DNA of 64,000 bases from an uncultured Prevotellaceae bacterium (GTDB taxonomy: Bacteria; Bacteroidota; Bacteroidia; Bacteroidales; Bacteroidaceae). The stretch is from contig CACXXD010000067.1 in the NCBI GenBank assembly GCA_902771445.1, positions 3,278 to 67,277 on the forward strand. Reading direction: 5' to 3'. Position numbers and translations under genes: made by a program. This document shows, one piece after another, positions 51,670-60,559 of the stretch (its first letter is position 1; the number at the start of each line of letters is the position of its first letter). Below the pieces are notes generated by a model. That model saw only the letters and a program-made list of their open reading frames with translations, ran no database searches and was not told the origin of the DNA.

Positions 51670-52212
51670 ATGACTCCTGATGAATATATACAACTGAAGG
51701 CTTTTGCCCGTGTAGACGGTGCAATGCTGTCGCTGTTCTGGATAGGCAGCTTTGCCTGCTATGTGGGTGGGCTTTCCCACCAGCCGTTAGGTCTTGCCGC
51801 GCTTTTTCTGGCGGTTGCCTCGCTTTTTTTTATAGCCAAGCGCCTACAGAATTTTCGCGACTATGGCCGTGAGGGAATCATCTCGTTCATGCGAGCATGG
51901 GCATACGTCATTCTGTCGTTCTTCTATGCCGGACTGCTGTTTGCGCTGGCTCAGTACATTTATTTTGCCTATCTGGATCATGGCTACGTTTTCTCTGTGA
52001 TAGAACGCACGATGGAGATGCCTGAGTTCAATGACATGATGGCACAATATGGCATGGGCGACATGGCCGGCCAGATGATGGACGAATTCCGACGTATCAG
52101 TCCGATTGACTTCGCGTTGCACGGTCTGACGACCAACATCACCTTTGGCATCATTCTCGGCATGCCCATTGCGGCACTCCTGAAGACGAGCGTGAAAATC
52201 GGTAAACAATGA
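51670..52212 (+). CDS. DUF4199-type membrane protein
   Basis: Four TM segments, ISFMRAW, QYIYFAYLDHGY; upstream of GT2. Confidence 0.7.
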   Translation: MTPDEYIQLKAFARVDGAMLSLFWIGSFACYVGGLSHQPLGLAALFLAVASLFFIAKRLQNFRDYGREGIISFMRAWAYVILSFFYAGLLFALAQYIYFAYLDHGYVFSVIERTMEMPEFNDMMAQYGMGDMAGQMMDEFRRISPIDFALHGLTTNITFGIILGMPIAALLKTSVKIGKQ

Positions 52213-52229
52213 AATTTAGTTAGCAAGAA

Positions 52230-53183
52230 ATGGATATATCTGTAGTCATACCTCTCTATAATGAAGAAGAGTCGATTGTAGAACTGTACAAGTGGATAGA
52301 AAAAGTGATGGACGAGCATCACTACACCTACGAGGTGATCTTCATCAGCGATGGCTCGACCGACAAGTCGTGGCCCATCATCTGTGAACTGAAGGAACAG
52401 TCGGAGCACGTGCACGGAATCAAGTTCCGTCGCAATTACGGCAAGAGCCCTGCGCTCTACTGCGGCTTTGAGCAGGCAAAGGGCGACGTGGTCATCACGA
52501 TGGATGCCGACTTGCAGGACTCGCCCGACGAGATTCCCGAGCTGTATCGCATGATAACAGAAGAAGGCTATGACCTGGTGAGCGGCTACAAGCAGAAACG
52601 CTACGACCCTATCTCAAAGACACTGCCCACGAAGCTCTTCAACGCCACAGCCCGAAAGGTGAGCGGCATCAAGAATCTGCATGACTTCAACTGTGGTCTG
52701 AAAGCCTACAAGAACGATGTGGTGAAGAACATCGAGGTGTATGGCGAGATGCATCGCTACATACCCTATCTGGCCAAGAATGCAGGCTTCGACAAGATTG
52801 GCGAGAAAGTGGTTCACCATCAGGCCCGGAAGTACGGCGAGTCGAAGTTCATGGGGTGGAACCGCTTTGTCAATGGTTATCTGGACTTGATCACACTTTG
52901 GTTCCTAAGCACCTTTGGCAAGAAGCCCATGCATGTCTTTGGCTTCCTGGGAACATTGATGTTCATCATTGGTTTTATTGCCGCCTTTGTGATAGGTGCC
53001 GACAAACTATGGTGCCTGGCCAACGGAATACCACAGCGGCTGGTAACCAATTCACCTTATTTCTATATAGCGCTGACCATGATGATCATTGGCACGCAGC
53101 TGTTCCTGACGGGCTTTATTGCCGACTTGGTCAGTCGCTCGTCTACCAACCGCAATGACTATCAGGTAGAAAAAATGATATGA
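52230..53183 (+). CDS. GT2 polyprenol-phosphate glycosyltransferase (ArnC/DPM-like)
   Basis: ISVVIPLYNEEE, DGSTD, RNYGKS, MDADLQD, two C-terminal TM segments. Confidence 0.92.
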   Translation: MDISVVIPLYNEEESIVELYKWIEKVMDEHHYTYEVIFISDGSTDKSWPIICELKEQSEHVHGIKFRRNYGKSPALYCGFEQAKGDVVITMDADLQDSPDEIPELYRMITEEGYDLVSGYKQKRYDPISKTLPTKLFNATARKVSGIKNLHDFNCGLKAYKNDVVKNIEVYGEMHRYIPYLAKNAGFDKIGEKVVHHQARKYGESKFMGWNRFVNGYLDLITLWFLSTFGKKPMHVFGFLGTLMFIIGFIAAFVIGADKLWCLANGIPQRLVTNSPYFYIALTMMIIGTQLFLTGFIADLVSRSSTNRNDYQVEKMI

Positions 53184-53686
53184 TGATGACTCAGCAAAAC
53201 AGAGGGAAGTCGATTGTGTGCAGGACTGTGCTGGGTTGTGTGGCAGTGCTCATGTTCCTTTCGTCGCTGGTGGCCTGTTCTTCCATCGACTGTCCCGTTG
53301 AAAACACGGTGCTATCGGTCTACAACCTGGACGAGATTCTGAAAGACACACTTACCATCACCTCGCATCGCAAAGATGGCAGCGACACCATTTTGCTGAA
53401 CCAGGGCATCAACCAGTCGACATTCAAGTTGCCCATGTCATTTACGCAAGACGTCGACGTACTGTTTTTCAAGACGAAGAAGCTGCCCGTGACCGACACG
53501 GTTAGGATAGGAAAGGAGAACATTCCCCATTTTGAGTCGGTAGACTGTGGCCTGACCTATTTTCATAACATCACGTCGCTGAACCACACCACATACGGAA
53601 TTGACAGCATTGTCCTATTAAAATCCCGAGTAGACTATGTCTCAAACAGTCCACATTTCCTCATTTATTTCAAGGATCGCGATTAG
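53180..53686 (+). CDS. Hypothetical lipoprotein (DUF6452-like)
   Basis: Lipobox LVAC; PHFESVDCG motif. Confidence 0.65.
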   Translation: MMMTQQNRGKSIVCRTVLGCVAVLMFLSSLVACSSIDCPVENTVLSVYNLDEILKDTLTITSHRKDGSDTILLNQGINQSTFKLPMSFTQDVDVLFFKTKKLPVTDTVRIGKENIPHFESVDCGLTYFHNITSLNHTTYGIDSIVLLKSRVDYVSNSPHFLIYFKDRD

Positions 53687-54329
53687 TTTCCTATTGCTCT
53701 TGCTGAGCTGTGTGGAGACAAAAGCACAGTTGCGCTTAGGCTATGAGCGCGACTCCATCCCCTTGTTCCGAGGCTTTGCGGTGTCGTTCGACATGGCCGG
53801 CTTCGCAGAGAAGATGCTGGGTTCTCACGGACAGATAGAAGGTGCCTTGCGACTGAACCTGCACGACCAGTACTTTCCTATCGTCGAGTTGGGCTACGGC
53901 ATAGCCAATCATGCGAACGATGCCGTGACCAGTATCACCTATAAGACCCGTGCGCCCTATTTCCGAGTGGGTGCCGATGTGAACATCATGAACAAGAAGC
54001 ACACGGGCAATCGCGTCTTTCTGGGCATTCGTTATGGCTTCACCCATTATAAGGTAGACATCAGTCACCCTCTCTTGAAAGATCCTGTCTGGAAATACGA
54101 GGAGCCTTACAACATCAGCGGAGAGCCTTGCACCATGCAATGGGGCGAAGTGCTGTTCGGTCTTGATGCCAAGATCGTCGGTCCGATACATCTGGGGTGG
54201 AGTGGCCGCTATCGCTTCCGTCTTTCACACAATGACGGTATCATGGAAAAGACTTGGTATGTGCCTGGCTATGGCAAGCAAGACAGTTCCGCGCTGGGCT
54301 ATAGCTTCTATATCTCATTTGATATATAA
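53637..54329 (+). CDS. Outer-membrane protein (DUF6048-like)
   Basis: Signal peptide, YFPIVELGYG, WYVPGYG. Confidence 0.65.
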   Translation: MSQTVHISSFISRIAISFLLLLLSCVETKAQLRLGYERDSIPLFRGFAVSFDMAGFAEKMLGSHGQIEGALRLNLHDQYFPIVELGYGIANHANDAVTSITYKTRAPYFRVGADVNIMNKKHTGNRVFLGIRYGFTHYKVDISHPLLKDPVWKYEEPYNISGEPCTMQWGEVLFGLDAKIVGPIHLGWSGRYRFRLSHNDGIMEKTWYVPGYGKQDSSALGYSFYISFDI

Positions 54330-54343
54330 GACAAAAACTAAAA

Positions 54344-55399
54344 ATGATGGCAAAAGACAATGATTCTCTGAGCAAAAGCCAGAAGAAGAAACTTTGGTGG
54401 CAAATACCTTTTTTGTTGTTTCTGGTTCTTGGCACGTTCTATATTGTGCGCCAACAGCACTCCATGCCCTACCAGAAGAACCACGGCGTGGTGTTCGGCA
54501 CGTTCTACAATGTGACTTACCAGTTTGACACAGACTTGCAGCAGGAGATTGAAGCCGAACTACAGCAGGTGGATCAGGAGTTCTCCATGTTCAACCAGGA
54601 GTCGACCGTCAGCAAGATTAATCGTGGCGAGACTCCCAAACTGAACAGCATGTTCCTTGAGGTGTATCGGCTGGCCACTCAGGTGAATGCCGACACCGAC
54701 GGTGCCTTCGACATCACCGTTGCACCGTTGGTCAACGTGTGGGGCTTTGGCTTCAAGCACGAAGAGATGCCTTCGGCCCATCAAGTTGACAGTTTGCTTG
54801 AGTTTGTGGACATGAAGCAGTTGCAGCTCGACGAGCAACAACAGGTGTTGCACAAGAAAGACGAGCGCACGATGCTCGACTTCAGTGCCATTGCCAAGGG
54901 CTATGGCTCTGACTGCGTGGCCCGGTTGTTGCAGAAGCATGGGGTGAAGAACTACATGGTGGAGATTGGGGGCGAGGTGGTTACCAACGGCATCAGTCCC
55001 AGCCGGGTGCCTTGGCGAGTTGGTGTCAGCAAGCCCGTGGAAGACAGTCTGCAGACGAGCAAGGAGCTGCAGACGGTGCTGAATGTCACCGACCTATCGA
55101 TGGCCACCAGCGGCAACTATCGCAACTTCTATTATAAAGGTGGGCGCAAATATGCCCACACCATCGACCCGCAGACGGGTTATCCTGTGCAGCACAGCAT
55201 CCTGTCGGCTACCGTTTTGGCTAAGAGCTGCGCACTCGCTGATGCCTATGCCACCTCATTCATGGTGCTGGGTCTGGAGAAAGCCAAGCAAGTGCTGGAG
55301 CGACACCCTGAGCTGATGGCCTATTTCATCTATTCCGATGCCAAGGGCGACTATGCTGTGTGGTATTCGCCATCGCTGAAAGAGAAAATCAATGACTAA
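54344..55399 (+). CDS. apbE: FAD:protein FMN transferase
   Basis: GAFDITV, LDFSAIAKGY, VEIGGE, ATSGNYR, HTIDP, ADAYAT. Confidence 0.95.
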   Translation: MMAKDNDSLSKSQKKKLWWQIPFLLFLVLGTFYIVRQQHSMPYQKNHGVVFGTFYNVTYQFDTDLQQEIEAELQQVDQEFSMFNQESTVSKINRGETPKLNSMFLEVYRLATQVNADTDGAFDITVAPLVNVWGFGFKHEEMPSAHQVDSLLEFVDMKQLQLDEQQQVLHKKDERTMLDFSAIAKGYGSDCVARLLQKHGVKNYMVEIGGEVVTNGISPSRVPWRVGVSKPVEDSLQTSKELQTVLNVTDLSMATSGNYRNFYYKGGRKYAHTIDPQTGYPVQHSILSATVLAKSCALADAYATSFMVLGLEKAKQVLERHPELMAYFIYSDAKGDYAVWYSPSLKEKIND

Positions 55400-56099
55400 C
55401 AAGACGACCCAGGGCTTGTTGACTGGCAATGGACTTTCCCCATTCTACGACCAGCTGTTGCAGTTCCCTTTGTTTCAAGGCATGAGCCGTTCCGAGCTCT
55501 TGCAGATGGCAGGCAACACCCGTTTCGACTTCCAGAAAATCAGTGCAGGAAGACATGTCGTAGACGAAGGCGAGCCTTGTGTCAGACTCTTCTTCCTCGT
55601 GAGTGGCACGCTCGACATCTTTTCCAATAGCGACGACCGCAGCTATCAGATGTGCGAACGGCTACAGGCACCCTGGCTGATACAGCCCGAGGCACTCTTC
55701 GGCCTCACTTTCAGATACACCTTATCGGTGCGTGCGCATACCGATTGCCGCTTCATCATGCTGTCAAAAGACGAAGTGCTGCGTCTGTTTGACGATTTCC
55801 TGACGTTTCGCCTGAACCTGCTCAATCTGTTGGCCACGCTGTCACAGCAGCGAGGGCATCGCCCTTGGCGTTCTGCCCCTAAATCACTCTATGAGCGCAT
55901 AGCCCGTTTCTTCGTCGACCACTCCTGTTATCCTGCAGGCTGGAAAGAGTTGCGCATCCTGATGGAACAGCTGGCTATCGAGGTCAATGACAGCAGGCTG
56001 AACGTCAGTCGTGTGCTGAACGACATGCAGCATCGCGGACTGATTGAACTGCACCGTGGTCGTATCGTCATTCCTTCGCTCGAACTCCTTTTCATGTAG
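55392..56099 (+). CDS. Crp/Fnr-family transcriptional regulator
   Basis: cNMP-binding-like N-terminus, C-terminal HTH LAIEVNDSRLNVSRVLN. Confidence 0.85.
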   Translation: MTNKTTQGLLTGNGLSPFYDQLLQFPLFQGMSRSELLQMAGNTRFDFQKISAGRHVVDEGEPCVRLFFLVSGTLDIFSNSDDRSYQMCERLQAPWLIQPEALFGLTFRYTLSVRAHTDCRFIMLSKDEVLRLFDDFLTFRLNLLNLLATLSQQRGHRPWRSAPKSLYERIARFFVDHSCYPAGWKELRILMEQLAIEVNDSRLNVSRVLNDMQHRGLIELHRGRIVIPSLELLFM

Positions 56100-56257
56100 A
56101 AAAGGAAACACTCTGCTTCATTTAGTAATGGTAAATTACTAAAAAACGCTCCTTTTCTTCGGTCAGGGGGAAAATCCCCCATAGCTTTAGGGAAAACTCC
56201 CCATCTGTTTAGGGGTTTTCATTTCGCCTGCTACACGGAATGTCGTATCTTTGCATC

Positions 56258-56388
56258 GTGAACAAGATCGAAAAGAGTTTCGACCGTATAGGTTCCATAG
56301 TTAGATTTGTTTTTTAGGTTATTGTTTGCTTTTAGTACACACTTTTTTGAGGGAGCATCTTCGATGTGAATCGAGGATGCCCAGTTTT
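56258..56388 (+). ncRNA. Putative small regulatory RNA
   Basis: -7 box TATCTTTG (56246-56253), 5' hairpin TCGAAA..TTTCGA, U-rich core, terminal hairpin GCATCTTCGA-TGTGAA-TCGAGGATGC followed by TTTT; no credible ORF. Confidence 0.6.
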
Positions 56389-56569
56389 ATGGCCAAAGGC
56401 ACAACCCCAAACGAAAATGTGGCAACTATTGACCAGTATTTAATAAACTGCTCCAACTTTGCACCGTCAACCCGATTTAACGCAAGTTCCTGATAATCAG
56501 GCATGGCGATTTAGTTATATGGAAGTTCTCGCTAAAGCAAGCGGCAGAGCCGAGCGAGGAGGGGTTAGG

Positions 56570-56721
56570 ATAGGTCCGTGCCAGTCTGCTGCGCATCCCA
56601 CATATTGCGGTAGGTGGTGTTGCTGGGTTTGTAGTCGACGTTATAGAATGTCGTAGGATTCTTGATGTTGTCGGCGATGGTGCCAGTGTTTACAACAGGG
56701 GGGTCAACGCTTCCGCTGCCA
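56570..56721 (-). pseudogene. Orphan fragment of a fimbrial/pilin-tip-like gene
   Basis: Translates as VDPPVVNTGTIADNIKNPTTFYNVDYKPSNTTYRNMWDAQQTGTD; ends exactly at the repeat extension. Family call is from memory. Confidence 0.4.
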
Positions 56722-57147
56722 CTAATTTGTAATAATATCTTTCCGACAAAATTTTTCGCGAGAAAAATTTTCAATCGCAGGTCAAATAATTACGGAAATT
56801 TCTTTCCTTAAAAAAATATGAATTTTCTTGACAAACACCCCTCTGAGAATCGCACGGAATTCACCAAACTGGAAGTCGCTTGCAAATATGCGAGTATTGA
56901 GAGGACTTGCGCATACCGCTGATTTACAGTGTGTTGCGAAATTTAGTTTCGCAAAAAGAACAGTTTCTCTTCATGAGGCTTCTCCTTTCGGACAGCTTTG
57001 AGCGGCCTTCGTTCTGAGATTAGTATTGAATCAAAGTGGGTTTGCAGGCATATCAAACTGAGTTCTTACTTTAATCATCATGCAACTAATGCTAAAACTC
57101 AGTTTGATATGGCGAAGGTGCTTTTTTTTATGAATAATCTTGACAAA
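56722..57147 (+). repeat. Dispersed palindromic element, copy 4 (core 56817-57147, right arm partly deleted)
   Basis: Left arm 57024-57064 is intact; the right arm stops at 57113 and jumps to GAAGGTGC; left extension nearly identical to 13962-14066. Confidence 0.9.
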
Positions 57148-57300
57148 ACTACAGTGAATCAGGGTATCCTCCCCTGTCACACGCATTTTTACGTTCACTT
57201 GGCGAAAAAGGATACATGGCTTGTAAAAGAATTCTTCAAAATCGCTCGTTTGTTACATTCTTTTTTCGTATCTTTGCGGCATTAATAACTAAAACCAATT

Positions 57301-58350
57301 ATGAAAAAACTTTTTACATTTCTGCTCTTCATCCTTGTGGGGACTGTAGCAGTGCAGTCGCAAGGAAGAAAATACAATGTCTATGCTGTCGGATTCTATA
57401 ATCTGGAGAACTTGTTTGACACATGCCACGATGAGGGCAAAAGTGACTATGAGTATCTGCCAGACGGACGCAACCGCTGGACGAGTCTGAAATATTCGCA
57501 CAAGCTGAAGAACATGGCCCGCGTTCTCTCTGAGATGGGTACCGATTTCCTGCCCAACGTCGGCTGTGCCTTCATCGGGGTGAGCGAGGTGGAGAACAGC
57601 CGCTGTCTGACAGACCTCTGCAACCAGGCTCCGCTGAAGGCACGCAATTTCCAGTTCTGCCATATTGAAGGACCGGACAAGCGCGGTGTGGACTGCGCTC
57701 TGCTCTATAATCCAAAGTTCTTCAAGGTGCGCAACGTGAAGCTGGTGCCTTACGTCTACGAGCTGCCCAAGGACAAAGACCGGGCCACCCGCGGCTTCCT
57801 GACCGTCAGCGGTACGTTGGCCAACGAGCACGTGACGGTGGTGGTGTGCCACTGGCCCAGCCGCGGCGCAGAGTCGTACTATCGCGAGTGCGCCGGCAGG
57901 CAGGTACGTGTGCTGAAGGACTCGCTGCTGAAAGACGACCCGAACGTGAAAGTTTTTGTGATGGGCGACATGAACGACGACCCGACCAACAAGAGCATGA
58001 CGGAAGGCCTGCGCTGCAAGGCGGAGATTGCCCAGGTGGGACCGAACGACATGTACAATCCGTGGTATAACACACTGGTGAAGAAAGGAACAGGCACGCT
58101 GATGTATCAAGGAGCCTGGAATCTGTTCGACCAGATTGTCATGACCCCAAATCTGCTATATAAAGAAAATGGTGGTAACTATAAGACGCTGAAGTTCCGT
58201 CGGCACGAAATATTCCGTCGTGACTATCTCTTCCAGAAGGAAGGCAAATATAAGGGCAACACCTTGCGCACCCATGCCGGCGGCGCCTGGCTCGACGGCT
58301 ATAGCGACCACCTGCCCACGGTTGTCTACCTGATGAAAGAGATAAATTAG
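57301..58350 (+). CDS. Secreted endonuclease/exonuclease/phosphatase (EEP) family protein
   Basis: Signal peptide; FYNLENLFD, EVEN, HWPSR, MGDMNDDP, FDQI, SDHLP; -7 box at 57269-57276. Confidence 0.92.
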   Translation: MKKLFTFLLFILVGTVAVQSQGRKYNVYAVGFYNLENLFDTCHDEGKSDYEYLPDGRNRWTSLKYSHKLKNMARVLSEMGTDFLPNVGCAFIGVSEVENSRCLTDLCNQAPLKARNFQFCHIEGPDKRGVDCALLYNPKFFKVRNVKLVPYVYELPKDKDRATRGFLTVSGTLANEHVTVVVCHWPSRGAESYYRECAGRQVRVLKDSLLKDDPNVKVFVMGDMNDDPTNKSMTEGLRCKAEIAQVGPNDMYNPWYNTLVKKGTGTLMYQGAWNLFDQIVMTPNLLYKENGGNYKTLKFRRHEIFRRDYLFQKEGKYKGNTLRTHAGGAWLDGYSDHLPTVVYLMKEIN

Positions 58351-58391
58351 GAAGAACGGTTCCCATTGTTTACATCAATCAAGGCAAAAGA

Positions 58392-59006
58392 GTGGAGATG
58401 CAACGGACGAACGCGAATGTCGGGAGCGAGGATCAGGCGATAGAGTCGCATCCCTTCGAGCCTTTTCTGCCCGAAGGAGCACGTGTGCTGATGCTTGGAA
58501 CATTTCCTCCGGCAGCGAAACGGTGGTCCATGAAGTTCTACTACCCCAACTTTACCAACGACATGTGGCGCATCGTGGGACTCAGTTTCTTTGGCGACAA
58601 ACAGCACTTCGTAGCCGATGACGGTCGGCACTATCGTCTGGAAGAGCTGAAGGCTTTTCTTGCAGAGAAGGGCATTGCCCTCTTCGACACTTGCACGCGC
58701 ATCATCAGAACCAAAAACACAGCAAGCGACAAAGACTTGCAGGTGGTGGAACAGACCGACATTGCTGCCATGCTGCGTGCGTTGCCACAATGCGAATTCA
58801 TCGTCACGGCAGGCCAGCTGGCCACGACACTCTGCAGTCAGCATTTTTCGATAGCCGAGCCCAAGGTGGGCGAATGCAGTTCCTTCCTGTTTGAAGGGAG
58901 AGCCATGCGGCTCTACCGCATGCCGAGCAGTTCGCGTGCCTATCCCATGCCCATCGAGAAGAAAACAGCATATTACGAAACGATATTCAAATACTTAAAA
59001 CCATGA
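58392..59006 (+). CDS. Uracil-DNA glycosylase superfamily (Mug-like) protein
   Basis: LGTFPP, FYYPNFTNDMWRI, MPSSSRA. Confidence 0.85.
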   Translation: MEMQRTNANVGSEDQAIESHPFEPFLPEGARVLMLGTFPPAAKRWSMKFYYPNFTNDMWRIVGLSFFGDKQHFVADDGRHYRLEELKAFLAEKGIALFDTCTRIIRTKNTASDKDLQVVEQTDIAAMLRALPQCEFIVTAGQLATTLCSQHFSIAEPKVGECSSFLFEGRAMRLYRMPSSSRAYPMPIEKKTAYYETIFKYLKP

Positions 59007-59617
59007 CCATCATAGGAATAGCTGGCGGAACAGGTTCGGGCAAGACCACCGTCGTCAAGAAAATTGCCAATGCGCTGCCGCCCCACTGCGCCGCCGTGGT
59101 GCCGCTCGACTCGTATTACAACGACACAACGGGCATGACCGACGAGGAGCGCAAAGCCATCAACTTTGACCACCCAGATGCTTTCGACTGGAAATTGCTG
59201 ACGGAGCACATCAAGCGACTGAAGAATGGTGAGGCGGTTGAGCAGCCCACCTATTCGTATGTGCTCTCCAACCGTCTGCCTGAGACCATTCACGTGGAGC
59301 CGAAGCCCGTCATCATTCTGGAGGGCATCATGACACTGCACTACAAGAAACTGCGCGACATGATGGACCTGAAAATCTTTGTCGACACCGATGCCGACGT
59401 GCGCCTCATTCGCAACATCAGGCGCGACGTGGTGGAGCGTGGCCGCACGGTCGACATGGTGCTCGACCGCTATGAGAAAGTGCTCAAGCCCATGCACGAA
59501 CAGTTCATTGAGCCGACAAAAAAGTTTGCCGATCTCATTATTCCCTCGGGAGGGGACAACAAGACCGGCATCCATATTCTGAGGACCTATATAGAGGGCA
59601 TCGTGACAGGCGTGTAA
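59003..59617 (+). CDS. udk: Uridine kinase
   Basis: GIAGGTGSGKTT, NFDHPDAFD, RDVVERGR, IEPTK. Confidence 0.95.
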   Translation: MTIIGIAGGTGSGKTTVVKKIANALPPHCAAVVPLDSYYNDTTGMTDEERKAINFDHPDAFDWKLLTEHIKRLKNGEAVEQPTYSYVLSNRLPETIHVEPKPVIILEGIMTLHYKKLRDMMDLKIFVDTDADVRLIRNIRRDVVERGRTVDMVLDRYEKVLKPMHEQFIEPTKKFADLIIPSGGDNKTGIHILRTYIEGIVTGV

Positions 59618-59633
59618 GTCTGTCGCCTGCCCC

Positions 59634-60335
59634 CTACTCTACCGTTGCGGGGGTGTTCTTCGTCGGTGCTGCCGAAGAAGCATCGGGCTCGTCATTGTGT
59701 ATTTCGCTTGCCACTTCTTCAGCCTCAATAGGTTCATCCATCTGCGCAAAGGCCTCCTGCTTCTTTTCCCAGCGGCTGCGCAGGGCATTGAACAACAGCG
59801 TGTTGGCGGCCTCGACAATGCCGTAGAACAAGGTGAGATAGCCCAGCATGAGCATGGCCATGCTCAGCGGTGTCATCGGCTTGATGATGACGTAGGCACC
59901 CACCAGCAGGATGAGAGTAGGGCAAACCCAGTACCAGAGCGAAACGGAACCGTAGCGGCGGGCTGTGATGATGGCAAAATACTGATTGACGGCTCCCAGG
60001 ATGAGGATTGCGCCAATGACATACATCAATGCCGAGATGAAGGTGTTGGGCATCACGGCCAGTATGCCGCCGAGAATCATGCTGCCAATGCCGACAATGG
60101 GAAACACGGGGGCTTGTCCTGCAACCTGACGGCCTGCGGCATCGAAAATCTTGTAGTCGCTCATGTGGCGACGGGCATTCAGATAGGACAGCAGCGACAC
60201 CAAGCCTGACAACAGAAACAAAACACCGATGGCAATGACAATGCCCGTCACGGTGTTGTCGGGATACTTGATGAGCAGTACACCAACAGCTATAGCCGTC
60301 AGTGCGCGAAAGAAAGAACTCTGTAGAATTTTCAT
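59634..60335 (-). CDS. DUF308/HdeD-like membrane protein
   Basis: Six TM segments in two repeats with a charged tail. Confidence 0.7.
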   Translation of the reverse strand: MKILQSSFFRALTAIAVGVLLIKYPDNTVTGIVIAIGVLFLLSGLVSLLSYLNARRHMSDYKIFDAAGRQVAGQAPVFPIVGIGSMILGGILAVMPNTFISALMYVIGAILILGAVNQYFAIITARRYGSVSLWYWVCPTLILLVGAYVIIKPMTPLSMAMLMLGYLTLFYGIVEAANTLLFNALRSRWEKKQEAFAQMDEPIEAEEVASEIHNDEPDASSAAPTKNTPATVE

Positions 60336-60559
60336 ATTTGTTCTATTGTGTTTAAGTGATTTTTATGCAAGAATGACTCTCTCTGAAGGTCAATTTTGTC
60401 CCTCTGACAGAAAGTTTATGCAAATATACACAAAATTATTGAGACATAGATTCGTTTGAGCGATAAATCCACTATAAAACTGAAAGAAAAGTTTGTTCTT
60501 TGCATTTAAATTCATATCTTTGCAGTCATAATATATTGTCAATAAAAAATAATAAGCCA

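Noticed and set aside
56570-56721. Fragment as a DGR template repeat
   Set aside because: No reverse transcriptase and no adenine-variant partner repeat in the window.
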